A stretch of DNA of 64,000 nt from Parcubacteria group bacterium (GTDB lineage: Bacteria; Patescibacteriota; Minisyncoccia; Moranbacterales; UBA2206), in contig JBAZUU010000001.1 of the NCBI GenBank assembly GCA_041661275.1, positions 101,057-165,056 on the forward strand, given 5' to 3'. The notes beneath the pieces were generated by a model. The model had not been told where the DNA came from. It worked only from the letters and a program-made list of their open reading frames with translations, and made no database searches. Shown in pieces: positions 48,130 to 58,629 of this stretch. Position 1 is the first letter of the stretch. Each line of letters begins with the position of its first letter. A program made the position numbers and the translations under genes.

Positions 48130-50823
48130 TCATATTTCTCCCCAATTATCCCCAGTCTTCACATGAGCAACTAGTGGAACGCGCAATTTATATACGCTTT
48201 CCATTATTTCTTTTATCTTCGGCGCTAGTTTTTCAGCCACCCCTTCTTTCACTTCAAAAATAATCTCATCGTGCACTTGCAAGATCATGCGTACGTCGGG
48301 ATTATCAGCAAACTCTTCGTGCAATTTCAGCATGGCCATTTTGACAATATCAGCGGAAAGCCCTTGGATAGGCATATTGATGGCCATTCTTTCTGCGGCA
48401 TTAGCCATCATAAAATTAGGCGAGTTTATTTCCGGAATATTACGCCTGCGGCCAATTTCTGTTTCTACGTAGAGATTTTTTTTAGCAAATTCCTTAGTCC
48501 TTTTCATATATTCCGCAATCCCCGGGAAACGTTCAAAATATTCGTCGATAAATTTTTTGGCATCATCTCTGGAAACATCAGCTGACTGGGAAAATCCAAA
48601 AACACTCATCCCATAAATTACTCCGAAATTCAAAGCTTTCGCCGAACGCCTCATTTTTTGGGTCACTTGCGAAAGCGGAACCTTATATACTTCTGCCGCT
48701 GTCGCCTGGTGAATATCCACGCCCTCGTGGAACAATTTAATCATTTTTTTGTCTTCACTCATATGTGCCACCACCCGCAAGTCAATCTGCGAATAATCAG
48801 CGGCCACCAGCCGCCATCCTTCTTCTGCTTCGAAAGCAGTGCGCAGAACCTGCCCGACGTCAGTTCTTATGGGAATATTTTGCAGGTTAGGTTCCGATGA
48901 AGACAGTCTCCCCGTGGACGTTACCGCTTGGTTAAAAGTAGTATGTATGCGAGATTTTTTATCCACTAGAAGCGGTAGAGCATCGAGATAGGTCGTTTTC
49001 AGCTTGAATATTTCCCGATATTCCTCAATTTTTTCCACGATCTTGTGTTTTTCTTTTATCTTTTGTAGCTCACTGGAAGCTGTGGAATATCCGGTTTTGC
49101 CTTTTTTAATGTCCTCCGTTGGAATTTTTAAATCAACAAAAAGTATGTCGGCTAGTTGCCGTGATGAATTGATATTAAATTCTTTTCCAGCGCTAGTATA
49201 GATATTTTTTTCCAGATTAATAATTCTCTTGTTTATATTTTCCACGATACCGGAAAATATAACGGTATTCAGTTTCACGCCATTCGTTTCCATTTCCGCC
49301 AAAACCGGAATGAGCGGCATCTCTAGATCGCATAATACTTTTTTGACATTATGCGCCTCTCTCTGCGAAGCAGATATTTCTTCGATTTTTTCTTCGTATA
49401 TTCTTTTTAGTTTCCCGATGTAGTCCGCGACTTGGCAAAATTTTTGCGCTATCTCATCTGATGATTCAATTTCTAATCCCAATTGTCCTTTCTTTTTTTC
49501 TTCAACTATTTCTTCACCCAAATTTTCCAAAACTAATCGGGAAAATTCATTTTTTGCTCCGGGGTTGACCACATAGGCTCCAAGCATCACATCAAAGTCT
49601 AATCCTTTGATTTCTATTTTATTATTTTTTAGTATTTCCAGATCCTTTTTTAGATCATATCCGATCTTTTTTATATTTTCATTTTCCAAAACAACTTTTA
49701 ATTTTTCAATCTTATCCGTATAGGCAGCCCGACCGGCTTTCCAGCTCACAGCGATTCCGACAATCTCACTTTTAAAAACATTTTCTCCTCTGGTGTTTAA
49801 TTTAATAGCAATTTCTTTTGCTTTTTCAATCTCGGAAGTTATTTCATCGAAATTTTTATCAGTTATAATTTCATATTTGAAATTCTTCACCCCTCCTTTT
49901 TCAATATTCGCAATTAGCGGATTAGCATTTATTCGTTGATTAGCATCATTCCCAGGAATTCTTTTGATCAAACTATAAAAATTCAGATCCTGAAAAAGTT
50001 TCACTAATTTTTCCCGGTCAAATTCGTGAGTCTTGGCATTCTCTAAATTAATTTCTACCGGTACATCTTTTTTAATTGTCGCCAGCCCCTTACTTTGTAT
50101 AGCGATTACCTTATCACGCTCTAGCTTTTCTTTTATCGCTCCTTTTATTTCATTAATATTTTTATATACATCCTCCAATGTTCCATATTTTGAAAGAAGT
50201 TCCACAGCAGTTTTTTCGCCAATGCCTTTGACGCCTGGAATGTTGTCCGATGCGTCGCCGCGAAGCCCTTTATAATCGATCATTTGCACCGGCGCCAAAT
50301 TATATCGTTCCTTCACCGCGTTTTCATCATAGGTAACAGCGTCAGTGAGACCACGACGCATAGTATAAACTTTTGTTTTTGAACTAATAAGCTGCAAAGT
50401 ATCCAGGTCTCCTGTAACGATAATATTTTCAAGATCCTGATGTTCTTTTTCCGAGTGAGCGACCACGGTTCCGATAAGATCATCCGCTTCAAACCCTTCT
50501 TTTTCATAGATAGGAATATTCATCGCCCGCACTACCTCCTTTACTTTGGGAATTTGATCATAGAGCGCCTGATCAGCTTTGACTCTCGTCGCTTTATATT
50601 CTTTATACTCAATATGCCTGAAAGTCGGCCCGGCCAAATCGAAAGTAGCGATGATATAGTCTGGATTGAATCTGGAGATGACTGAAAGAATAGTCGAAGA
50701 AAAACCATAGACAGCATTGACCAGCTCACCCGATTTAGTAGTCAGTGGCGGAAGCGCGTGATAAGCGCGATGAATGATAGCGTTTCCATCGATAAGAACC
50801 AGTTTTTTAGTGTTTTTGGACAT
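48130..50823 (-). CDS. polA: DNA polymerase I
   Basis: LIDGNAIIHRAYHA, GDASDNIPGV, TGRLSS, DYSQI, QVHDE. Confidence 0.97.
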   Translation of the reverse strand: MSKNTKKLVLIDGNAIIHRAYHALPPLTTKSGELVNAVYGFSSTILSVISRFNPDYIIATFDLAGPTFRHIEYKEYKATRVKADQALYDQIPKVKEVVRAMNIPIYEKEGFEADDLIGTVVAHSEKEHQDLENIIVTGDLDTLQLISSKTKVYTMRRGLTDAVTYDENAVKERYNLAPVQMIDYKGLRGDASDNIPGVKGIGEKTAVELLSKYGTLEDVYKNINEIKGAIKEKLERDKVIAIQSKGLATIKKDVPVEINLENAKTHEFDREKLVKLFQDLNFYSLIKRIPGNDANQRINANPLIANIEKGGVKNFKYEIITDKNFDEITSEIEKAKEIAIKLNTRGENVFKSEIVGIAVSWKAGRAAYTDKIEKLKVVLENENIKKIGYDLKKDLEILKNNKIEIKGLDFDVMLGAYVVNPGAKNEFSRLVLENLGEEIVEEKKKGQLGLEIESSDEIAQKFCQVADYIGKLKRIYEEKIEEISASQREAHNVKKVLCDLEMPLIPVLAEMETNGVKLNTVIFSGIVENINKRIINLEKNIYTSAGKEFNINSSRQLADILFVDLKIPTEDIKKGKTGYSTASSELQKIKEKHKIVEKIEEYREIFKLKTTYLDALPLLVDKKSRIHTTFNQAVTSTGRLSSSEPNLQNIPIRTDVGQVLRTAFEAEEGWRLVAADYSQIDLRVVAHMSEDKKMIKLFHEGVDIHQATAAEVYKVPLSQVTQKMRRSAKALNFGVIYGMSVFGFSQSADVSRDDAKKFIDEYFERFPGIAEYMKRTKEFAKKNLYVETEIGRRRNIPEINSPNFMMANAAERMAINMPIQGLSADIVKMAMLKLHEEFADNPDVRMILQVHDEIIFEVKEGVAEKLAPKIKEIMESVYKLRVPLVAHVKTGDNWGEI

Positions 50824-50910
50824 AATTTATTATATCACAAAGTCGCCCTAATAATACAAAAAACTTAGACATCAAATGTCTAAGCCTTTTTGTAGTACAG
50901 TTTTTTAAAA

Positions 50911-51252
50911 TTATTTTTGCAATGCTCCTCCGACTATATTTATTATAACTATACCAACAACCGCTACCGCTAGGCCGATCAACGAAAAAGCAAGTGTCTT
51001 GCCGCTACGCCCGACCCGCTCCTCATCTCCGCCGGCGACCAGATAATCAATAGCAGCCACAAGGAGACCAACGATGGAAAGCGCTCCCATACCACCTAAT
51101 ATCACATAAAGGAATGTGCTGATACTGGAAAAAGCCTGCCCGACGCTCGGCTGATCAAGACTGCCCTGTTGATCCGGTCTTATTTGAGCCATTGCCACTC
51201 CCGGGAAAAAAACCGAAAAGTATATTATATTTTTTACTATTTTGTTCATCAA
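50911..51252 (-). CDS. CPR-type pilin (TrbC/VirB2-like)
   Basis: Signal peptide ending AMA; two TM helices around YLVAGGDEERV. Confidence 0.75.
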   Translation of the reverse strand: MMNKIVKNIIYFSVFFPGVAMAQIRPDQQGSLDQPSVGQAFSSISTFLYVILGGMGALSIVGLLVAAIDYLVAGGDEERVGRSGKTLAFSLIGLAVAVVGIVIINIVGGALQK

Positions 51253-51265
51253 CTATATTATACTA

Positions 51266-52030
51266 CTATTTTTCTAAAGGTTCTACTGAATTTATCGTCA
51301 CGTTTTCCACTGGCCTGTCATTAGTTGTCGTTTTGACGTTTTCAATCTTCAAAGCGACGTCCATTCCACTCGTTACCGTTCCAAAAACTGTGTAACTGGG
51401 TGGGAGTGGCGCTTCGGGGCTAGCGGTAACAATAAAAAACTGACTACCATTGGTGTTCGATCCGGAATTAGCCATGGCCAGTGTCCCTCGCGGATATTTT
51501 TCCGTTCCGACTAATTCATCCTTGAATTTATATCCCGGTCCACCCATTCCCCAACTGGATGTATCGGCATTTTTGGAATTTGGATCGCCGCCCTGGATCA
51601 TAAAGCCCTTGATGACGCGATGAAATTTCGTGTTGTTATAAAAACTACCTTGGGCAAGATTGAGAAAATTAGTGACCGTAAGTGGAGCAGTTGACGCGTC
51701 TAGTTTCACTTTTATATCTCCCATACTCGTTTTAATTGTCGCTGCGGTATATTTTTTCAATATTTCCGCGTTAGCTTCTGGCGCCTTTAGATTGGAATCC
51801 ATATTATTTTCATTTAATGCGTTATTCATATTTTCATTTTCCTTGTTGGTCGCGTCATTGATATCCTGTTGCGCTTTTTCTTTCAAATTAAGCATACCGG
51901 AAATATTTCCGCCAGGATCAGTGATGGGATCGGGAATTTTGTTGCTATCTTGCGCCTGCTGGCTATTGCCGCAACCAGAGAGAGTTACTACTGCGATTAC
52001 CAATGTTGATAATATTAATATTTTTTTCAT
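51266..52030 (-). CDS. Cyclophilin-type PPIase lipoprotein
   Basis: Lipobox LSGC, FHRVIKGFMIQGGDP, LAMANSG, NGSQFFI. Confidence 0.95.
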   Translation of the reverse strand: MKKILILSTLVIAVVTLSGCGNSQQAQDSNKIPDPITDPGGNISGMLNLKEKAQQDINDATNKENENMNNALNENNMDSNLKAPEANAEILKKYTAATIKTSMGDIKVKLDASTAPLTVTNFLNLAQGSFYNNTKFHRVIKGFMIQGGDPNSKNADTSSWGMGGPGYKFKDELVGTEKYPRGTLAMANSGSNTNGSQFFIVTASPEAPLPPSYTVFGTVTSGMDVALKIENVKTTTNDRPVENVTINSVEPLEK

Positions 52031-52045
52031 ATATTTTATAAAGCG

Positions 52046-52184
52046 CCGTCATCCTGAGCGAAGCGATCCCGCTTTAGCGGGAGAGCGCAGTCGAAGGATC
52101 TACTATAAGTTATTACTAGTTATATCACGTGGCAGATCCCTCGACTTCATTCGACTAAAAGTCTCATTCCGCTCGGGATGACGG
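52046..52184. repeat. GTCAT...ATGAC REP-like element, copy 3 (overlaps the tsaE 3' end)
   Basis: CCGTCATCCTGAGCGAAG...GCTCGGGATGACGG. Confidence 0.85.
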
Positions 52185-52588
52185 GAAAGAAAGGATATTT
52201 TTCTTTTATTTTCATCCATCCATTCAAAGCCTATCCACAAAGCACCTCTTGGAATAATTTTAGAAATCCTATCTGCCCATTCGACAATTATAACATTATT
52301 TTCGTCAGCAATAATTTCCTCCCAACCAAGATTTATTATATCATCTTTTCTTACTCGGTATGCATCAAAGTGAAAAATATTTTTCCCATATTTTTTCATG
52401 ATAACAAAAGTGGGACTTGTATAGGGACCTTTTACTCTCAAATCTTTCAATAATCCCTGGGTAAACGTTGTTTTCCCGCTGCCCAGCTCGCCAGTTAGAC
52501 AAATAATTTTCCCGCCTTTAATTTCTTGAGCTAACATTTCGCCCAGTTTTTGCGTTTGTTTGGAATTTTCGGTAATAAATTCTTTCAT
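52103..52588 (-). CDS. tsaE: tRNA threonylcarbamoyladenosine biosynthesis ATPase
   Basis: GELGSGKTT, SPTF, HFDAYR, IVEW. Confidence 0.94.
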   Translation of the reverse strand: MKEFITENSKQTQKLGEMLAQEIKGGKIICLTGELGSGKTTFTQGLLKDLRVKGPYTSPTFVIMKKYGKNIFHFDAYRVRKDDIINLGWEEIIADENNVIIVEWADRISKIIPRGALWIGFEWMDENKRKISFLSRHPERNETFSRMKSRDLPRDITSNNL

Positions 52589-52666
52589 GTTTTATATACT
52601 ATCAGTAAATATAAAAAAACAAAACGGCAAATCGATTTCCGACTTGCCGCAGATTGCTCAAGTTCT

Positions 52667-53014
52667 CTAACTATGAGATCTTCGATGCCAGCGTTTAAAG
52701 GCTTCCTCTTTGCTCATTGCGCCAAATCTCTCATGACATTTTTCACAGCCGAATCCACCTGTCCCACCAATAATACCCTCGAAATTATGTGCCCCACCCT
52801 TTGGGCAGCGATCAAAAACGTAAGCGCCAAGCAAAGCCCAGACTACTATTGCAATGATCGCCACAAAGATAATAATAATGAACCATCCGATGTAAAAAGC
52901 TAATGCGCTCAAATTATCGGCAAACACATAAAGCGCATAAGTCACCGCAGCTGCTAGAATCAGAAAAACTAAAATGCTTTTTGTCGCCACAAACCAATTC
53001 CGGAATAAAATCAT
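52667..53014 (-). CDS. Small membrane protein with C-terminal Cys/His cluster
   Basis: Two TM helices, CPKGGAH...CEKC; GAGGAGG RBS. Confidence 0.65.
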   Translation of the reverse strand: MILFRNWFVATKSILVFLILAAAVTYALYVFADNLSALAFYIGWFIIIIFVAIIAIVVWALLGAYVFDRCPKGGAHNFEGIIGGTGGFGCEKCHERFGAMSKEEAFKRWHRRSHS

Positions 53015-53211
53015 CTTTTTCCTCCTCGTTTATTTTTCAAGACTTATTTTAATCGCTTATTTAAGAGATTATGAACTGGCTTGATTATAATGATCAATTT
53101 TTATTTGTCAATAACCTTTAATTTGACATGAAAAAATATTCCTGCTATTTTGATTAACTAACTTGATTAGTACGGACGTGCCGGTGGCGCGTCTCCACAT
53201 TTTTCTAAATT

Positions 53212-54336
53212 ATGACTCTTGCTCCCCAGGAACAATTCAAAAACTTTCTAGATAAATCACAGGATGTTTTGATCCTTATCCCGGAAAATCCCAGCGCTGA
53301 CGCAGTCGGTTCTTCCTGGGCGCTCTATTATTTTCTGGAAAAAAGGGGCAAAAACCCGACCATCGCTTTTTCCAATCATTTGAGTGACAAATTCGGCTTT
53401 TTGACCAAGCCTTCGCGAATCCTCAATGAGATTTCCGGCGCCCGGGATTTCGTCCTTTCTTTTGATGTTTCTCGCAATAAGATCGGAAATGTTCGTCACG
53501 AAGAAAAGGACGGAAAATTTAATATCTATCTTACTCCGGAACATGGTACTATCAATCCTCGTGATTTCTCTTTCATTTTAGCCAAATTCAAATACGATCT
53601 TATCATCGTCATTGATTGCCCGGATCTGGAAAAATTGGGCAAGATTTATAATTCTAACACTGATTTGTTTTTTGAAGTGCCGGTCGTAAACATTGATTAT
53701 CGTTCTGGTAATGATAACTTTGGCCAGATCAATCTGGTTGATGTCACCTCTTCTTCATGCTCCGAAATTGTCGGTCGAGCCATCGAAGATATGGATATTT
53801 TAAGTATGGATAAGCAAATCGCTACCGCAATTCTCGCCGGTATCATCGGCGCCACTGACAGTTTTCAGAAAAAAAATACTACGCCTAAATCATTTCTTTT
53901 CGCGGCGCATCTCATGGACAAAGGGGCTGATCAGCAAGAAATTATCCGCTGGCTATACAAAACCCAACCTCTCCATGTTTTGAAACTTTGGGGTCGAACG
54001 ATGGCCAAATTGCAATGGGACGAAACTCTGAAAATCGTTTCCGCCACCATTTCCATTGATGATCTGGTGCAAAGTCGAGCCAACATCACTGATCTACCGC
54101 TCATTCTCGAAAAACTCCAAGAAAGCTACACCGACGGCTCTATTTTCCTCATCACTTTCAACGACACCCCCACAACTTCTGTTGCTCTTATGAAAACTGC
54201 CGACAATGAAATTTTCAAAAAACTTTATCTCAATTTCGGCGGGGAGCTGAAACGTGGCCTTCTGGAACTAAAAACCGAAAAGACTGATCTGGAAGAAGTG
54301 AGGAAAGGGATTGTGGAAAAGATAAAAATTTTATGA
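53212..54336 (+). CDS. DHH family (NrnA-like) protein with degenerate active site
   Basis: NPSADAVGS, IVIDC, NIDYR (in place of DHH), FGQIN, SSCSE. Confidence 0.8.
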   Translation: MTLAPQEQFKNFLDKSQDVLILIPENPSADAVGSSWALYYFLEKRGKNPTIAFSNHLSDKFGFLTKPSRILNEISGARDFVLSFDVSRNKIGNVRHEEKDGKFNIYLTPEHGTINPRDFSFILAKFKYDLIIVIDCPDLEKLGKIYNSNTDLFFEVPVVNIDYRSGNDNFGQINLVDVTSSSCSEIVGRAIEDMDILSMDKQIATAILAGIIGATDSFQKKNTTPKSFLFAAHLMDKGADQQEIIRWLYKTQPLHVLKLWGRTMAKLQWDETLKIVSATISIDDLVQSRANITDLPLILEKLQESYTDGSIFLITFNDTPTTSVALMKTADNEIFKKLYLNFGGELKRGLLELKTEKTDLEEVRKGIVEKIKIL

Positions 54337-54465
54337 TTTAAAATTTAATACCCAAATTTTGAATTACGGACGTCAGTCTGTTTTTTTATTGTTCATCTTG
54401 TGATAAAATAATGATAACCAGATTAATAATTTCGTATTTTTGTATTAAATTCGTATTTCGTAACT

Positions 54466-57400
54466 ATGATAAAAATAATAAGAAAAAAAGATGCGCTGGA
54501 GGAATCAGAAAAAGCGGCTCTGACCAAAAAAATAATTTCCAAATTCCGCCGCAGGGAGGAAGAAGAAGAGACGTCCGCATATGCTGCGTCGATCAATTTC
54601 CCCTACCTCGACACCAATCTTGTTCCGATTTCCAATGACAATCTGAAACTTCTGACCGAGGTTGAGGCGAAAGAAAATGATCTGATCATCATCCAAAAAG
54701 TATCGCGCGTTGTCCATGCCATCACTACTGATCCGACTGAAGAAAAAACCAAAAACTTCATTGCGCAATTGCAGCAGGAGAAGGGCTGGCAAATGAAGAT
54801 TTTTGTCGTTTCCCGGTCAAATATGAATATCGTCCTGGAGCGATACAAAAAGATCATTTTTGTGGAAATTCTGGATCTTATGAGTCTACACTTAAGTCCG
54901 GAAGAACTGGCCAAGTTTGAGGAGGAAATGAAAGATCTCCTGACGCTGAAACTTCGGATTAATGAGATGCCGGTCACCCAGATCTTGAATATTATCATGG
55001 CCGGCGCGTATAAGCTCAAGGCCTCGGACGTGCATCTCGAACCCCAGGAAAAAGAATTTCGTCTGCGTTATCGAATTGACGGCGTACTGCAAGATGTAGC
55101 ATATCTGCCGCTCAATGTCTATAAGTCGATCATCACCCGCATAAAATATATGTGCCATATGAAGATCAACTTGCGCGATATCGCCCAGGACGGCACATTT
55201 GAATTCACGGTTCCCCTGGAAACAGGAGAGAAAAAAGCCGACACCCGTGTTTCCGTCATTCCGGGAAATTTTGGCGAATCGGCCGTGATAAGAATCCTCG
55301 ATCCAGAATCGATCAGAGTGACTGTTGATAAACTGGGTCTCACTGGACTGGCCAGTGAGATAATGCAAAAGGAAATTTTGTCGCCAAATGGAATGATTTT
55401 GAATACCGGGCCGACTGGATCAGGAAAAACAACGACGCTCTATGCCATCATTAACACGCTCAATCAACCGGACAAGAAAATAATCACCATTGAAGACCCG
55501 ATCGAATATGAACTGGCCGGTATTTCCCAAACGCAGATAGAAAAATCGCGTGGCTATACTTTTGCAACAGGTCTTCGAGCCATTGTCCGTCAAGACCCGG
55601 ATATTATTCTTGTTGGTGAAATTCGTGATGATGAAACAGCGGACATTGCTGTCAATTCATCGCTTACCGGGCACTTGGTACTCTCGTCGCTTCACACCAA
55701 CAATGCTATCGGCGCTATTCCCCGACTCATCGAATTGGGCGTGAAACCTTCTCTCATGTCTCCGGCTATAAATGCCGTCATCGGACAGCGTTTGGTGCGA
55801 AAACTTTGCGAATGCAAAGAAGCCTATGTTCCGGCGACTGAATCGATTGAATCAATAAAAAGAATTCTTTCTATCATTTCTCCTAAATCAAAAGTGGAAG
55901 TTCCGAAAAATATCCAAAATCTTTATCGCCCCAAAGGTTGTTCCAAATGCAATGGCATTGGATATAAAGGACGGATTGGAATATTTGAGATACTGACCAT
56001 AACCGAAGAAATTGAAAAATTAATTTTGGAGCTGGCTGGAGAAACAGAACTGACTATGACGGCACTTGAAGGCGGAATGATCACTATGCTTCAGGACGGA
56101 ATCATTAAGGCCGTAACTGGAATAACTTCCATTGATGAAGTAAAGCGCGTGACCGGTCAGGGAGAATTTTTGGAAATCATCTATGACAAATTGATGGCGG
56201 CGACGTTGGGTCGGTCAGTCTTGGTGAGTAAAAAGAATTTTGAACTGGCGGAAAAAACTATAAAAGATTTCAAAAAATTTCAGGAATTGATTTCTAAAGA
56301 AAAAAGCACCGACATCGCCAAAATTATTTTTGCCGCCGCTTCCATCCTTGGAGTAAACGATATTCACATTGAACCGCAGGCAGTGCTGGTCAAGATTCGT
56401 TTCCGCATCGATGGAATTTTGCAAGATGTCGCCACAATTCCACTAAATGAATACCCGGCCTTTTTAGGTGAGATAAAAATGCTTTCCGGCGTCAAAACTG
56501 AAGCGCGTCAGGGTGTGATTGACTCCCGATTTACCATTAAATTTGATGAAGAAATAAAAAACGCAAGAGAACCACAAACTGACGTGCGTGTTTCCATAAT
56601 TTTAGGCGGCTTTGGCGAAACGGTTGTGTTGCGTTTACTTTTCAAAACTACCTTGGAATATGATCTCAAAAAATTGGGAATACGCCAGCAAAATCTGGAT
56701 AAGATCATGCATGAAATCGAAAAGCCCAATGGCGTCATTTTGAACACCGGCCCGACTGGCAGCGGAAAAACAACGACCCTTTACTCGATCTTGCAGCATC
56801 TCAATAACCGGGAAGTGAAAATTATTACTGTAGAAGACCCGATTGAATATCAGATGGAAGGAATTTTGCAAACACCAGTCAATGACAAAGAGGGATATAC
56901 TTTCGTCAACGCCCTTCGACAGCTTTTGCGTCAAAATCCGGATATTATGATGATCGGTGAAATCCGCGACAATGAAACAGCAGTCGCCGCCGTGCAAGCC
57001 GCTCTCACTGGACACTTAGTACTCTCTACTATTCACACCAACAACGCCGCTGGAGCGGTGGCGCGAATGATCAATATGGGCGTCGCTCCTGCTGACATCG
57101 CCACTTCCGTCAACGCCTTTATCGCCCAGCGACTTGTACGAAGGCTGTGTGATTGCAAGAAAAAAATAGCGCCGACCGCGGAAGAAAAAGCAAAAATAGA
57201 AGCCACGCTAAAAAAGGTTTCGCCAAAAAGTGGCGTGGAAATTCCTAAAATCGGAGATATATACAAGCCAGGAGGATGCGTCAAATGTAATGGCATCGGA
57301 TACCACGGACGAATGACGGTTTCAGAAGTATTTCAGATCACCCGCGACATCCAGGAAATGATCACTCGCGGTGCCATGACGGTCGAACTCGAAGAAAAAG

Positions 57401-57501
57401 CTATTGAAAATGGCATGCTGACGATGGCGCAAGACGGCGTTATCCGCGTCCTTGAAGGCGAAACAACACTGTCAGAAGTGGAAAGAGTTACTGATTTGTA
57501 A
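54466..57501 (+). CDS. GspE/PulE/PilB ATPase with two tandem ATPase modules
   Basis: Two copies each of GPTGSGKTT, EDPIEY, GEIRD, TGHLV and the tetracysteine motif. Confidence 0.92.
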   Translation: MIKIIRKKDALEESEKAALTKKIISKFRRREEEEETSAYAASINFPYLDTNLVPISNDNLKLLTEVEAKENDLIIIQKVSRVVHAITTDPTEEKTKNFIAQLQQEKGWQMKIFVVSRSNMNIVLERYKKIIFVEILDLMSLHLSPEELAKFEEEMKDLLTLKLRINEMPVTQILNIIMAGAYKLKASDVHLEPQEKEFRLRYRIDGVLQDVAYLPLNVYKSIITRIKYMCHMKINLRDIAQDGTFEFTVPLETGEKKADTRVSVIPGNFGESAVIRILDPESIRVTVDKLGLTGLASEIMQKEILSPNGMILNTGPTGSGKTTTLYAIINTLNQPDKKIITIEDPIEYELAGISQTQIEKSRGYTFATGLRAIVRQDPDIILVGEIRDDETADIAVNSSLTGHLVLSSLHTNNAIGAIPRLIELGVKPSLMSPAINAVIGQRLVRKLCECKEAYVPATESIESIKRILSIISPKSKVEVPKNIQNLYRPKGCSKCNGIGYKGRIGIFEILTITEEIEKLILELAGETELTMTALEGGMITMLQDGIIKAVTGITSIDEVKRVTGQGEFLEIIYDKLMAATLGRSVLVSKKNFELAEKTIKDFKKFQELISKEKSTDIAKIIFAAASILGVNDIHIEPQAVLVKIRFRIDGILQDVATIPLNEYPAFLGEIKMLSGVKTEARQGVIDSRFTIKFDEEIKNAREPQTDVRVSIILGGFGETVVLRLLFKTTLEYDLKKLGIRQQNLDKIMHEIEKPNGVILNTGPTGSGKTTTLYSILQHLNNREVKIITVEDPIEYQMEGILQTPVNDKEGYTFVNALRQLLRQNPDIMMIGEIRDNETAVAAVQAALTGHLVLSTIHTNNAAGAVARMINMGVAPADIATSVNAFIAQRLVRRLCDCKKKIAPTAEEKAKIEATLKKVSPKSGVEIPKIGDIYKPGGCVKCNGIGYHGRMTVSEVFQITRDIQEMITRGAMTVELEEKAIENGMLTMAQDGVIRVLEGETTLSEVERVTDL

Positions 57502-57505
57502 TTTT

Positions 57506-57988
57506 ATGGAAACGACTAACAAATATTTTATTCCCATAAAATTAAATAAGGACATTCTTGTCACTTATCACACCTCTCCCGCTCATATCGGCCGGCTTTA
57601 TCACTCCGTTGATTTTATCGCGCCTCTTGAAACACCGATCCTGGCCGCTCTTGATGGAAAGGTTACCGCTATAAAACTTGACTCAGATATCGGAGGATCA
57701 ACAGAAGATTTTGATCAGTATGGAAATTATATTGAGATAAAGCATGCCAACGGTGAATTTTCCATGTATGAACACATGCGAAAAAATGGCGGATTGGTAA
57801 AAATCGGCGATCACGTGAAGACTGGCCAAGCCATTGGATATGTTGGTGAAACCGGCTGGATGGCTGATCTTGGGCCACATCTGCATTTTAATGTCCATAA
57901 ATATACCCGCGGCAACGGCCCGACTGATTACGAAGCATTGAAAATTCACTGGGTCACGCCACCGCCGAATAAGGAAAATATCATATAA
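57506..57988 (+). CDS. M23 family metallopeptidase
   Basis: HSVD, GNYIEIKH, YEH, GPHLHF. Confidence 0.9.
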   Translation: METTNKYFIPIKLNKDILVTYHTSPAHIGRLYHSVDFIAPLETPILAALDGKVTAIKLDSDIGGSTEDFDQYGNYIEIKHANGEFSMYEHMRKNGGLVKIGDHVKTGQAIGYVGETGWMADLGPHLHFNVHKYTRGNGPTDYEALKIHWVTPPPNKENII

Positions 57989-58022
57989 TTACAAAAACGC
58001 TCTTGCAAGGGCGTTTTTTTAT

Positions 58023-58184
58023 CCGTCATCCCGAGCGAGTTCGACCACAGGGAGAACGAGTCGAGGGATCTACCCCTGATTACCTAAAGTTTTATTAAAT
58101 AAATTTAGCCAGTGATAATATAAAGCAGATCCCTCGACTTCATTCCTCCGACATTCGTCGGAGTCATTCCGCTCGGGATGACGG
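58023..58184. repeat. GTCAT...ATGAC REP-like element, copy 4
   Basis: CCGTCATCCCGAGCGAG...GAGGGATCT / AGATCCCTCGAC...GCTCGGGATGACGG. Confidence 0.85.
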
Positions 58185-58241
58185 GAATTAAAAAAAGGCG
58201 GGTCGCATCGCGCCCGCCAAAAACCCAAACATCCTAGCCCA

Positions 58242-58439
58242 TTAGAGCTTGAGCTTCTTCAGCGCTTCTTCGCATTGTACTTGTTTTGAAATAAGAAGCG
58301 CCATTGTTCCGAAACTACAAAGAACGAATGGTAGAATCCGAATTATGGCTCCAGGTTCACCCGGATCGTATATGTATATTGTTATAATTCCCGCAAGAAT
58401 AAACAGAGTAATACCTAGAACAAAACTAAAAAATCTCAT
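58242..58439 (-). CDS. Small two-TM protein
   Basis: 65 aa, AAGGAG RBS, two hydrophobic helices. Confidence 0.6.
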   Translation of the reverse strand: MRFFSFVLGITLFILAGIITIYIYDPGEPGAIIRILPFVLCSFGTMALLISKQVQCEEALKKLKL

Positions 58440-58452
58440 TTTCTTCTCCTTT

Positions 58453-58629
58453 TCAAAAAAACTTCTTCTTTATCCATCGCCAAAATCTCCTGAAAGGATT
58501 TTCTTCCTTCTCAACACACCCCTTACAGAGATTGGCCCATTTGCCATCAACAGGATATTCGCGAAGAACTGTAAATATTTTTTTGCAATGTTCGCAAACC
58601 AAGCCTTTATACCTCGGCGCGAATTTCAT
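58453..58629 (-). CDS. 58-aa zinc-ribbon protein (absent from the ORF track)
   Basis: Manual translation MKFAPRYKGLVCEHCKKIFTVLREYPVDGKWANLCKGCVEKEENPFRRFWRWIKKKFF; GGAGGGGG RBS. Confidence 0.65.
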   Translation of the reverse strand: MKFAPRYKGLVCEHCKKIFTVLREYPVDGKWANLCKGCVEKEENPFRRFWRWIKKKFF

